DNA of 64,000 nucleotides from Parasitella parasitica NRRL 2501 (taxonomy: Eukaryota > Fungi > Mucoromycota), in NCBI GenBank assembly GCA_025201805.1, contig MU619249.1:1-64000 (forward strand), read 5' to 3'. Made by a program: the position numbers and the translations under genes. Within the stretch, counting starts at the first letter, position 1; each line of letters opens with the position of its first letter. Below, piece by piece: positions 1 to 11,463 of the stretch. The notes below the pieces were generated by a model that searched no databases, was not told the origin of the DNA, and saw only the letters and a list, made by a program, of their open reading frames with translations.

Positions 1-378
1 GTGACGATATGAAATTAAAGCGATAATAAACTACTGGTTCATACTACAATGAGAAATAAACAAAAGCTAAAGCTACATTTTTATACGCAAATTTTACTTT
101 TTTGAGCACATTTTTTTGAGTGTACGGGCACATTTTCACTTCATGAGCACATTTTTTCAAGCCTTTTGAGCGCAATTTTAAGCCTATGAAACTAGTAATT
201 TATGTGCTCATTTGAGCATAAAAATGTGATCATAAAATGTTTCAATTTTTGTTCTCGCATGAGCACATTTATCGCCTTAACCTAGCTCGATAAGCACTTT
301 TTTTGGGTCTAAAAAATGTTCCCGTTCATGCACATCAATATTCTCATGAGAACATCGGCGAGGCCATAGTGCAATCAG

Positions 379-1298
379 TTGCTGAAACGCAAACGCAACA
401 ATGCACTCGAAGCGGCTTTAGCTCAGGCCGAACGTCGCATTGCCAAGTTGGAAGCTTCAGTTCACACTAATGTTGCACCAATAACAGTTGTATCCACGCC
501 TCAAGCAGCACCAACACGTGTACCCGCATCGCAGGTAACAACAACCACCAATGCACGTGCTGACGGCACTTCAGCTTCACAATGGGCCACCATCGCTACA
601 GCAGCTCCATCTTCAACTACTCCCAAGCGTTCTAGAACGGCAAAAACCTCTACTAAACGTAAAGCTCCTACGTTAGCCACCATAACTCGGTTTTACTCGT
701 CCCCTTCTGACTCTCACCGATTCCAATTTTTATATTTCAAGACTCGAGGTAGAGACTCCATCTCCAAAGTAAGAAAAGGATTTTCTGTCCTTGGCATCCA
801 AAAAGCCGGATCCTTAGCATTCACTACCCTGACAATCATCACATTGGTTTCCTTGTACATAACGATTATGCTCAGCACGTTATTGACTCCATGGCTAAAG
901 CTTCTACCACCGTGGAGGCTGATTTCGATCCTCTGTCTTCTTCGCTTCTTCGGGACCCAATGTATAACGGTAACAACGACACGGAGTTCCTGCAAACCGA
1001 GGCAACTCGTATTCACCAAGAACGACTAATTCGCATTGTCCAACGCATTCACGATCCTGATAGACAAATTGCTGTGGCTCGTAACTTTTGTTTCAAGCAC
1101 GCATGGATATCGGAATCTCAATATCAAATGCTTCACGATCTCATCAAACCTGCCAAACATACCTCAGCCTCCTCTCAAAAACCGAATGACGACGAGACCA
1201 TGACCGATGCCAACACATTAAACTCTACATTGATAACCTCTGCTACTTCTTCCTCTTTTACTAGCCCAGCTGAGGGCAACTCAGCCCCCATGGCCTAA
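379..1298 (+). pseudogene. LINE ORF1 (gag-like), frameshifted near 800-806
   Basis: ORF 379..1029 and ORF 891..1298 join by a frameshift at CAAAAAGCCGG, restoring RILSIHYPDNHHIGFLVHNDYA. It lies directly upstream of ORF2 and stops at TAA 1296-1298. Confidence 0.75.
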
Positions 1299-1312
1299 TG
1301 AGTATTCATATA

Positions 1313-3428
1313 CACTATTTCCGGAAAATAATCGCTCACAAAAAAAAAATTCGTTCACAATAAAAAAAAAATAAACCAATCAGAAAATAAATAAAAAATC
1401 GTTCACAAAAAAATTTAGACCTTCGTTTATTTATAGTGTGTGGAATCGGTATAAATTGTTATATGGATTCACGGAAAAAAATTATAATAAAAAAACAATA
1501 AAGTCAACTTGATAAGGTATAGGTTTTATTATCAAATCGACAGGTGTATCAAGCTGCCGTTCATCTACTGGCCAGGTAGATGAACCTTTATATACTTAAA
1601 CTGTAGATAAATGTTCTACTCTCGCAATTTAACATGTACGACAATACTGCGTAACTAGCATCTTAACTTTGTGCTAACCTACATATCAGCAGACTCAAGA
1701 TAACTTAAATATATTTGAGTCAGGAGATAGACTTTACCCGAGGTAGTACCCTGATCAATCTTCTATGCGAAGATTATTAATATTGATCCATAAGCGTATA
1801 TCATTCCTTGTATAGTCTTATCCAGTCTATATTAATAGTACATGTCTGAGTGTATATCACTTGGTATTCATCTTCGCATATATCGGTATATATAGCACGT
1901 CTATAGCATGTCATAAGCATATCTATAGCATTGCACATATTGTACAAGTCTGTAGTACATGATGTATCTGTAGCTAGTATCATGGATATAAGTATATGTC
2001 TTGTAGTGCGTATCTAGAAACTGGGAATACGCATCTGAAGCATAGATCTTATATAGCATAAGCTCGTAGCATATACTAAATCTAATAAATGTCTAAGGCT
2101 CGTGTCGAGATATAAGTATCAGTCTATAGCGTCATCCATCCTAATGGTGCCATCTCTAGCTTATAACTTATATAGTATAAATCTGTATTGCACATCTTAT
2201 TATCTGTGCGCATATGTAGTTTATATCAATTTAAGGTAACTGGATGAATCTAGAAGTGGAATGCAGATCATCATGGTGAATGTATTTCACATAGTGGACG
2301 AAATGAGCGAAGCATTAAAGTGGCTTTCTGTTCAAGCAATCATCAAACTTACCGAGGGAGTAGCGGCAGAAACCTTGAAGGTCACTGAGCAAAACGTTGT
2401 TGCACGCATCTCGGAGTCTTGACGTCAAGGTCTCTCGCTTGAGTTTACTTTTAGCCACTGACCAAAACTGTTCAATAGGGTTCAATTCAGACGAGTATGA
2501 AGGAAGATATAAACAACGGTAACCACGGTCTTCGATATATTTCTGTATATCTTCGTGCTTGTGAATGGGGGCGTTATCCATTATTAGGTAATAATCTTTA
2601 AACTCTGGATGTTGATCCATGACGTCCATACAGAGGATGGCTTTTTGTCAATAAAGTTAATTAAAAATTGTTGATGTTCCTCTGTAAGAACAGGGGGTCT
2701 ACCGGCCTTTCTGCCACTTCCACTTTGTCTCGGTTCCATTTCCTCATCTCCAGCGAGCTCAGCTTTCTTTTTCCATGTTTGTGCCGTACTTTGAGGCACT
2801 TTTATTTCCTGAGCAGCGGCGCGTACACTCATCCCTTTCTCATAAATTAGGTAAAAAAAGTAGTTTTTGGCCTCAAGCTTATAACTTCGGTGGATTCTTT
2901 TATTTTCAGGGCTGTTATCTGTTTTCTCTTCGTTCTCCATATCCGCTTGTTCCTGAACTTGTTCAATCTTTACTGGTTTTTCAGGTGGTTTCAAATCCAA
3001 GTACATGTGGAGGTAATTAGTAACATCCTCGAGAGAATATTCTAATTCATCAACTTCCATTTCAAGAACTGCAACTTGTTCGTCTTCTTCATTGTTAAGG
3101 TTTCCTTTACCATCTTCATATATAAATTGGTCCATTGTTGAATTAGCTTTTTTTTTCGAAAAGTGAACGAAAATATTTACTGCGAGTGATCAGTATTCAT
3201 ATTTTTTTGTGAACTATCTTTTAATTTTTTTGTGAACGATTTTTTATTTATTTTCTGATTGGTTTATTTTTTTTATTGTGAACGAATTTTTTTTTTTTTT
3301 TTTTTTTAAACATTTCACCTTTATCATCTTCAATTATGAATTTTAACAAACAAAAAAACAAAAAAACAAAATAGAAATAAATGCACCAATTTTCTTTTGT
3401 TGTGAGCGATTATTTTCCGGAAATAGTG
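1313..3428 (-). mobile_element. Tc1/mariner-IS630-like DNA transposon copy 1 (internally deleted, non-autonomous)
   Basis: Perfect 29-bp outer TIR CACTATTTCCGGAAAATAATCGCTCACAA at 1313-1341 and 3400-3428. The inner TIR continues (1350-1415 vs 3222-3286). TA TSD at 1311-1312 and 3429-3430. Confidence 0.95.
2315..3135 (-). pseudogene. DD34E transposase with internal deletion and frameshift
   Basis: HTH region (GMSVRAAAQEIKVPQSTAQTW..GRPPVL) is joined out of frame near 2630 to MDNAPIH-x-YSSELNPIE (D-34-E). The first catalytic Asp region (FxDES) is missing. Confidence 0.9.
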
Positions 3429-6400
3429 TAGATACAAATAACTATGAAAATATTATCCCCACTTATGTTACTGACTCTACTTCTTCTATGCACCCTAGAA
3501 ATTCAAATATCGGTTCGCTCAATTGTCGAAGCTTGAGCAAACCCTCCAAACCTGAAACCAGCTCTCAATTCATTCGTTAACTACGCTCTTTACAACTGGA
3601 TATACTTTACGTTCAGGAATCCCATGCTATCCCCACTATTCAGGATCAATTACAGTAAATATGCAACTGGAAGCTACTTCGACATTATGGACCACTCATT
3701 GCGGTATTATATCATTCAATCCTTTACTAACTCTTCATTACTTAAACACTGATCTCGATGACCGCATTATTGCCTGCACAGTAGTTCATGCAAATGCTCT
3801 TTTTCCACCTATTGCACTCGTTAATATCTATGCTCCTGCTAACTACGCAATTCGTAACCGATTTTACCAACAACTTCTCACTCTCCCGATCTTTTCCTTC
3901 CCAGCACCCCAACCGACATTTCAACATGATTCGGCTACAGTGGCAACCACATCGTATGACCCTCTCATCACTCCGATGATTGTCTTAAGGGACTTTAACT
4001 ACCATCGTACATCTTCTAATCACGATGTTACGGACAACTCTTCCGAGTCATTCTTTTCCAATCCTTTAGATTCTAGCGTTAACACACCAACATCTTCCTA
4101 AGATTGTTGGCACCAATTACTCATGAATCACTTTTTCGAATGTACTCATTCTCGGGAAGAAGGCCCCTTACTACCCACCTTTCGTCGCGGAAACTGTCAA
4201 TCGACCATTGATTATTTCTTTGCCTCTCCAGTCCTTCAACAACACCTACATTCCTCTGATATTCAATTCATGGCGTCTGAATGGACTGATCATGCTATGT
4301 TCCGTACTCGCTTTGTCTTTCATTCTGATCAACAGGGACCTGGACTTTGGCGAGCTAACCCCCATCTAAATACTAATCAATATTTTGTTGATACCTTATT
4401 TACTGAGCTCGATTCCTTTTTTACTAACCTTAGTTTAGAATCTATTGTTAACACCAACGCCTTTATACCTATTTCTACTCCTCAGGAGAATTGGGATGAT
4501 CTCAAAACTCTGGTGAAACATGTCGCTCAAAAAATCGGTCGTCATAAATGTAGCTGGCGGGCTAGACTCATCAAACGTTTGCAAAATAAACGCAAACGAT
4601 TACTCAAGCAGCAAATTCCACCTCACGACTCCAACGACCTGCTTCAAGCTATTGAGGAACAGCTAAGCCTATTACAAACCAAAGCTGCGCAAGATCAAGC
4701 TCTCCGTGCTGGCAAACATTGGCGCTAACAGGGGGAAACCTCTGCCGGGTACTTGAAACGCACCATTACATCTCGAGCTGTCAAACATTCTACCGAGAGA
4801 CTCATTCATCCTAAAACTAACAACCTGTCTACCACTCCGGAGAGTAAGCATTCTGCTGCATTTGCCTTTTACGATAAATTATTTTCTCCAGACAACGTTG
4901 ATGCAGAACGTATCCGACAACTATGCCAAACAATTTCTGATCAGGACACCCTCAATGAATCCACTTTCGGCTCTTTACAGCGTCCATTCACCATTTTAGA
5001 TCTTCATGAGGGTGCATCACGCACCTCCTTACATTCTAGTCTTGGTGTAGATGGCATCCCGTATGCTATTCTACAGGTCGTTTTCCAACACGCTGCAGCT
5101 GCAAAGTTGGCGGTTAAAGTATTTAATAACGCACTAACCCTAGGAATCTTTCCTGACAGCTGGCTATGCACTTGCATGTGTCTTTTACCCAAGTCTGGCG
5201 ATCTGTCTAATATGAAGAATTGGCGACCACTTTCAATGATCTGCTGTGACGCCAAGATCTTTACTTACACACTTAACCATCGTCTTATGCCATTTCTGTC
5301 GAAATTGATATGTTCTCAACAATCAGGCTTCATGCCGGGAAGGTTCATTGGTGACAATGGCCTTACCCTTCAACTCACAAAACTAATTGCTAACCAAAAC
5401 TCATCCGATTGTATCGCTCTTCTTCTAGATCAGGAGAAGGCTTATGACCGTGTTCATCACCCCCACCTACTTATAGGCTGTCATGCAACGTTTCAACATT
5501 CCTTCATCACTAATCCATAGCCTACTCACTCTCCTTTTCTCAACCCGAATTCATATGAATATCAATGGCCACATCTCTGAGTCATTTATCACCCAACAAC
5601 GCGGTATTCGGCAAGGAGATCCCATCTCACCTTTACTCTTTAATATAGCCTTTGATCCATTCCTTCGTTCCATACAATTAATTCCGAAGCTGACATTTCT
5701 TCTCCTACCACAAGTATAGAAGACCTTTCAGATTTGCTTCAACTTTTGTTCGATGCTCCAGAGACATCAGAAGCGTCTGCCTCCCATTCTACTACTACTC
5801 CTGCAACTTCATCAGCAGTGAAAATTCTGGCTTATGCTGACGACACTCTCGTCTACTTGAGGGACACCTCTGATTTTCAACTTCTCCTAACAGCTATCAA
5901 CACTTATATGAAAGCCTCTAACTCCTTGTTGAATTACCATAAAACAACAGCCCTCTCCTTATCAGGTAAGCCCCATCCTACTTGGCAGGACCGGCTACTC
6001 TCACAAGGAATCAACGTCTGGCATGATCGCACATCTCCCTCACCACTTACCTATCTCGGATATTCCATTTGCTCCAGTATATCTCAAGGTAATACTGCCT
6101 ATCAGAAACTATATACATCTATTCAGTCTTCAATTTCCTTCCATTCTCAACGAAATGTCTCCATTCGGGGCCGGGTAACTATTCTTAATACTCTCATTTT
6201 TTCAAAGCTATGGTATGTTTTACGTTTATCTACTTTCACTCGAGCCCAATTACTTTCATTCCGAAGCCTGGGCACCTTCTTCATTAACCATCGTATTTCC
6301 CTAGACTCTCTTTCAATACTCTCCAGCAACCGCGAGATCAAGGTGGCCTCGGTCTTCTCGATCCTCTGCGACAACAACAAGCTTTACAATGGCGGTGGGT

Positions 6401-7651
6401 GTGTCCCACTCTACTCTCTACCATGCGATCTCTTCTCCTTCGACAATATACCGTTCCAATGCTTCCTTTTCTGCTACACACTCTCTCGTGGCTATATGTT
6501 TTGCCAACCTTTCCAAATTATACTGTATGTATTACTTTCTGTTTCCAACTACCCGTCATTCACGATGGTGTCCTCGCCAACCCTTTCCTTCTCAGGCTTA
6601 CCTCAATCCATTCGCTAACTTCCAATCATGTCTTTCTGCATTTCCCGCGGATGTATTTAATCCTGGCTCCATTGATGCTGCAACAAGTTTAATTTTACCT
6701 TTACATGAAATTCTTCTTACATCTCCTCCTACTAATCATCCTCTTCCTAACAACTTTGTCCCTCCAGGTCAGGCACTATCCAACTCCCCTGGTTCTAAAG
6801 TCCTTCTCGTTAACGACGTATTTCACTATGATGTTGAAATGCAGGCGCTACGTGTTCGATCTTCTTTTCCCCGATCTGCGCGCCACCCTACCGTCGAAAC
6901 GTATTGCTCATTTGATAATATCCCAATCCTTACTGTTGAAACCTTTTTCCATCAGCTTTGCTTCCCTCAAGCTGTCCCCACTCTGGACGCACAAACACCT
7001 ACCACCTTATACCCCACATGCCGCCGTCTCCTGATCCGACGGTCGCCCTCTTCCACTTCATCAGCTTCCTCTCCTCAAGCTTCCCGCCGAATACCCCTTA
7101 ACAGTATTCGTCGGTTTAAACAAATCACTCTCATTACACCAGTTTCTGCATCGGCACCCCTCCTCCAACCTTTTCAATGGAAATGGGTTTGGAAAATACC
7201 CATGCCACTTTCTGCTCGCACAGTGTGGTATCGATCTATTCATGGTAAAATACCTTCACGTTCTTTACTGCATCGGCTCATGCCTCAAACACATACTTCC
7301 TCTCATTGCACTCTTTGCCTTGATCCTGCAGTCGAGGATCTACAACATCTTTTTTTCCTTTGCCCCCAGAAAATTGAAATCTGGAGTGCAATAGTTCTTC
7401 CACACATATCTTCAATTCATATCTCTAATACTGACTTACATCAACATCTCCTTTCGTTACTTCATTTATCCCCTTCCTATTCTGTCGACCGAGTCGAATC
7501 GTTACCTCACTCGCGTCTCTCGATGATTTGTCAAATATTTGCAATCACTCTCTTAACAATATGGCAAGCTCATTGGCGTTGGATTTTTGACCGTGCTCCT
7601 CTTCTCTCATCAACCGTTATCCGTAGTATAACTCGTTCTTTGAACCGCTTG

Positions 7652-8113
7652 TGTTGTATCCACATAAAGGCTACATACATATGTCATATCTAACTTAGTC
7701 ATAATGCACAGATCATGATATTAATTTTTGGTAATTCTTTTACAAATAAGGAATAAGCTACAAGTTGTAATTGGACCTCTTGCAAGGTTCCAAGCTTATT
7801 CAAAGAATACATTTAGATCAGATCGCGGGGTGTCGGGAAGACATCCTACCCAATCTTCTCTTTAATGTAAAATAGAAAGATAGGTCTGTTCTGGAAATGC
7901 TGTGATTTAATAAGGTTTGACACTTCTTGTCAAACATCAGATGTTATGTGGAAAAACATTGATTGGGATATATTTTAGTATAAATAGAGATCATATCTTA
8001 TGTCAATAAAAGTCTTCAGTTTTGTATCTGGTTTTATTCAGAAAAGTCTTATTACTTTATACAAATCATACTTTACATAACATTACGCTGCGCCCTTTGA
8101 CACTGGCACAACA
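7652..8113 (+). mobile_element. Solo LTR (462 bp) inserted in the 3' end of LINE ORF2
   Basis: TGTTGT...ACAACA termini, 5-bp TSD GCTTG (7647-7651 and 8114-8118), and internal TATAAATA and AATAAA. Removing it restores the LINE frame NRL-LEAEFNLDT*. Confidence 0.9.
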
Positions 8114-8371
8114 GCTTGTTGGAAGCTGAATTCAATCTTGATACGTAGAGACTCAATTTGTTTTATTTCACTTCAATCTTACTTCTTCCTGCTCTTTAAA
8201 TACACCTCCCCAGTCCTTTTAGTTTAATTATTTTGAGGACTTTAAATAGAACCAGAACTAATTTCCCAAAAAAAAAAAAAAAAAAACTTGTAGCTTATTC
8301 CTTATTTGTAAAAGAATTACCAACAATTAATATCATGATACGTGCATTATGACTAAGTTAGATATGACTTA

Positions 8372-9982
8372 CACTATTTCCCAAAATGATTGGGACACTT
8401 TTTGAAAACGCAAGAAACAAAATTAAAAAACAGATGGAACAATTCTCGAATTTGATTTGCATAAAAATAAAAGTTAGCTCGAGACACTTGAGGAATATGA
8501 ATGGGACACGAGACAAAGTCAGAGAATTTTCATCTTCACAATCAAAATGACTATCTACAAATTCTATCAAGAGGATGGTGTAAATCCTCCAATAGACGAA
8601 TATGGAAACGAGCCTGTTAACATGGAAGTAGACGATATGAACTATCCACTAGGGGACATCACAAACTACCGTACCTATATCGACGGAAAATCTGCTGAAA
8701 AGGGGAAACTTGCTCGCGACGTTGAGATGAAGAATGTTGGACATAAGAAGACGTCTATTCATACACATAATGTTTATACTGAACAAGATAAGGCTAGATT
8801 CTTCAGCTTTGTATATAATGATGATATGACTGCCGGTAAAGCTGCTAAAGCTGCCAACATACCTCGGTCTACTGCATATCGATGGTATAAAGAGGACCAA
8901 GACAAAATCAAAAACAGAAGCGGTGTTGGCGAAAACACTACTGGTTCAGCTGATGAGAAGAAGAAAATTGGCCGATCAAAACACCTCAACGATGACCAAA
9001 AGGACCACTTGAAGAAAGAATTTGTGGATAACCCATCTGCGACTATAAACCAGGCCATGGAAAGTCTAATCGAAGTTTTTCCCGGCTTAAAGGTTAGCAA
9101 GTCGTCGATCCACCGATATATGGTCAATGACTGTGCCTTGTCCTTCAAGAAAGCCCATTTCCACTCGAAGGAAAGAAACTCCCCTGAAAGCATTTCAAGA
9201 CGCTACGAATGGGTGAAGAGATGGGAGCAAACAGATATGGACTACATGTCGAATTGCGTCTTTCTTGATGAATCTGCTTTCCATGTCAACCTGAAGCGAA
9301 CAATGGCTTGGTCTGAGAAAGGTACCCGCGCTGAGGTAGTTGTTCCCTCAACGAGGGCCGAAACCACAACTATTTTTGGCGCAGTAAGTGTTTGGGGTGT
9401 CATCAATGTTCAAGTAAGAATACCAGGCGTCTCTAAGGATCTGGGGGTACGGTAACAGGACATTTTTTGAATTTTGTAGCTAAGACACTAGACGTTCTGG
9501 ACTAGGATGAGAGGTTCAAAGGCTTCTATATCATAATGGATAACGCGCCTATTCATACAGCCGACGTCATTGAAAGATATATCGTTCAGCGAGGCTATAG
9601 GTGTGTATATCTTCCTCCATACTCTCCAGAGCTAAACCCCATCGAACAATTTTGGCATGTCGTAAAAAGCAAGCTGAAAAGAGAAAAGCTATTGGCAAGC
9701 GAGAATCTCACTAGCAGGATAGCTGATGCATGCAATAGTGTTTTTTATAACGATCTTGAAAGATCTGTCCGTTATTCTGTTAACAAGTTCAAGGTATGCT
9801 TGAATAAACAACCTTTGTAGTATGGGATACTCGAAACTCGTAATTTGTCTCATTCATTTTCCTCAAGTGTCTCGAGCTAACTTTTTTTTTTGTGCCAATC
9901 AAATTCGAGAACTGTCTCATCTGATTTTTAATTTCGTCTCTTGCGTTTTCAAAAAGTGTCCCAATCATTTTGGGAAATAGTG
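8372..9982 (+). mobile_element. Tc1/mariner-IS630-like DNA transposon copy 2
   Basis: Imperfect TIRs of about 135 bp starting CACTATTTCCCAAAATGATTGGGACACTTTTTGAAAACGCAAGA. TA TSD at 8370-8371 and 9983-9984. Confidence 0.95.
8547..9820 (+). pseudogene. DD34E transposase, frameshifted near 9440-9455
   Basis: HTH domain, FLDES (D1), MDNAPIH (D2) and PYSPELNPIE (E, 34 residues after D2), split over two reading frames. Confidence 0.92.
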
Positions 9983-11463
9983 TATGTAGTCTTTATATGG
10001 ATACAACAATTTGGCAAGTAGTCCTCCAGGGAGGATACCATCGGCCGGAATGGTGTAATTGGATGTTGATGTTGATGTTAGGGGCTGTTGAAGTTTCGGA
10101 GGTTGTTTGTTATGTCAAAAGTCTGATAAAATAAATCTGCCAAAGAATTACACTTTTATTCATAATACATCTCTCGATGTATTATATACGCATTCATCAC
10201 ACTAGGGTTATACTGTCTAACTGCATAATGTAAATCATGACTGCCCATGATTTACTGTAAGACCCTGGAGACTGATCTGAGATCCTGATGTGAAACCTTG
10301 CCATGTTATTGATATAACAGTTTCAACTGCTGCTGAGGGGGGCATCAAGAGTGTCCAAATCAAGAATAGATCCTGATGATAAGCTTTTTGATTTCAAGGA
10401 ATCCCGCAGGCTTGAAATCAACAATATTATCAGCAAAAGGGTTTACTCTGACCTGAATTAAGACAGTTTCCTTGATGAGCCTTGGCTAATAGGGCTGCCA
10501 GCATTGTCGCTGCAAAGCTTCGACGTTTTCTGCTGTCATTACTTCTTGAGCGGTCTGTTTCATGCAATTCAATGCGATAATGTACATTTAATGGGTTTTT
10601 TTTTCGATTAACTTTCATCACATTCAAAATTGAAAAAGTAATTTCAGTAATGGTTTTTGACACTTGTTTCAATTTCAAGTGAACATAATATAATCGCTAG
10701 ATTCAATTTTAAATGAATAATGTCCGCAAAATCAGTGTTTATGACCCTATTGATGTCCTTAATAAAATGGATAATAGTCATAAATCGGATATATTTATGG
10801 TCACCTTTCTGTCCCTAATATTATGGTATATGATTACACTAATATTAGGATTAGTTGTACGGAGTATGCGTTTCAACCACAATGGATGCAAAAAAAACAC
10901 AATCGAAATACTCTGTACATATAATTAGTTTATTTTTTGATTAGGACGTCTTTTTTCATTTAATCATTAGTAAATAGAAAAACAACAGCAATTACCTCAA
11001 TAGCAACATTAATTACTGAAGTACCACCGTATCATCAGTTCTGAAGTAACAACCAATATAGCAACATCAAAAGCAGTAGCATCAAAAGCCCAAGTGGCAG
11101 CAATATCTATCACTACAGCAGCTATGCATACGTTAAAAGTTGTTAATTTATCATGTAAATACGGTATCATACGTAAGGCTTGGTTTGGTGTAAATTAAGG
11201 GCTTATACCAAAAAACCAAATTCGTGTAAACTGTAGTTTACACTAGTTTACATTAATTTTTCCCATAGTGATTGTAACAAAATTTGATTACTTAGATTCA
11301 ATAAACCATGCAAAAGTATTTTTTACTACCTTGCATTTTTAATAAACCACTAAATAAAATAATGCTTTGCATATTTACTCACAATGAATGAAAAGCAGTC
11401 AGTTTGAGATAGCTTCACCAAGTACAATTTCGTGTCGACCACTTTTTATCGACAAAATCAAGT

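Larger units (their letters stand above)
1298..8148 (+). pseudogene. LINE ORF2 (APE-RT-zf-RVT) with several premature stops and frameshifts
   Basis: ATG at 1298 reads in frame into 3431 onward once the Tc1 insertion is removed. In-frame stops occur at about 3578, 4099 and 4726, with frameshifts near 5460 and 6300. The C-terminus LEAEFNLDT* (8119-8148) resumes after the solo LTR. Confidence 0.88.
379..8286 (+). mobile_element. Decayed L1/Tx1-like non-LTR retrotransposon (LINE), 5' end not seen, interrupted by a Tc1-like element and a solo LTR
   Basis: ORF1-like segment, then ORF2 fragments with APE (IGSLNCRSL, DILYVQESH, IDYFF, WTDH), RT (LLDQEKAYDRV, GIRQGDPISPLLF, YADD) and zf-RVT (CTLC..EDLQHLFFLC). 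A short 3' UTR follows, with a poly(A) tail at 8268-8286. Confidence 0.93.
8287..10008 (-). mobile_element. Second, inverted copy of the same LTR (5' ~110 bp only), split by Tc1 copy 2 and truncated by the LINE poly(A)
   Basis: 8287-8368 is the near-identical reverse complement of about 7684-7764. 9983-10008 (TATGTAGTCTTTATATGGATACAACA) matches the reverse complement of the LTR start at 7652-7677. Confidence 0.88.

Noticed and set aside
1416-2314. Fanzor/TnpB gene inside the Tc1 element
   Set aside because: No ORF of suitable length and no RuvC or Zn-ribbon motifs were seen; only non-coding hairpins.
10009-11200. Short ORFs between the TE block and ASH2
   Set aside because: No motifs or splice model; probably degraded repeat or intergenic DNA.
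11224-11250. Hairpin GTGTAAAC-TGTA-GTTTACAC followed by TAG as a Helitron 3' end
   Set aside because: AT-rich stem, no spacer before the CTAG, and no Rep/helicase or 5' end evidence.
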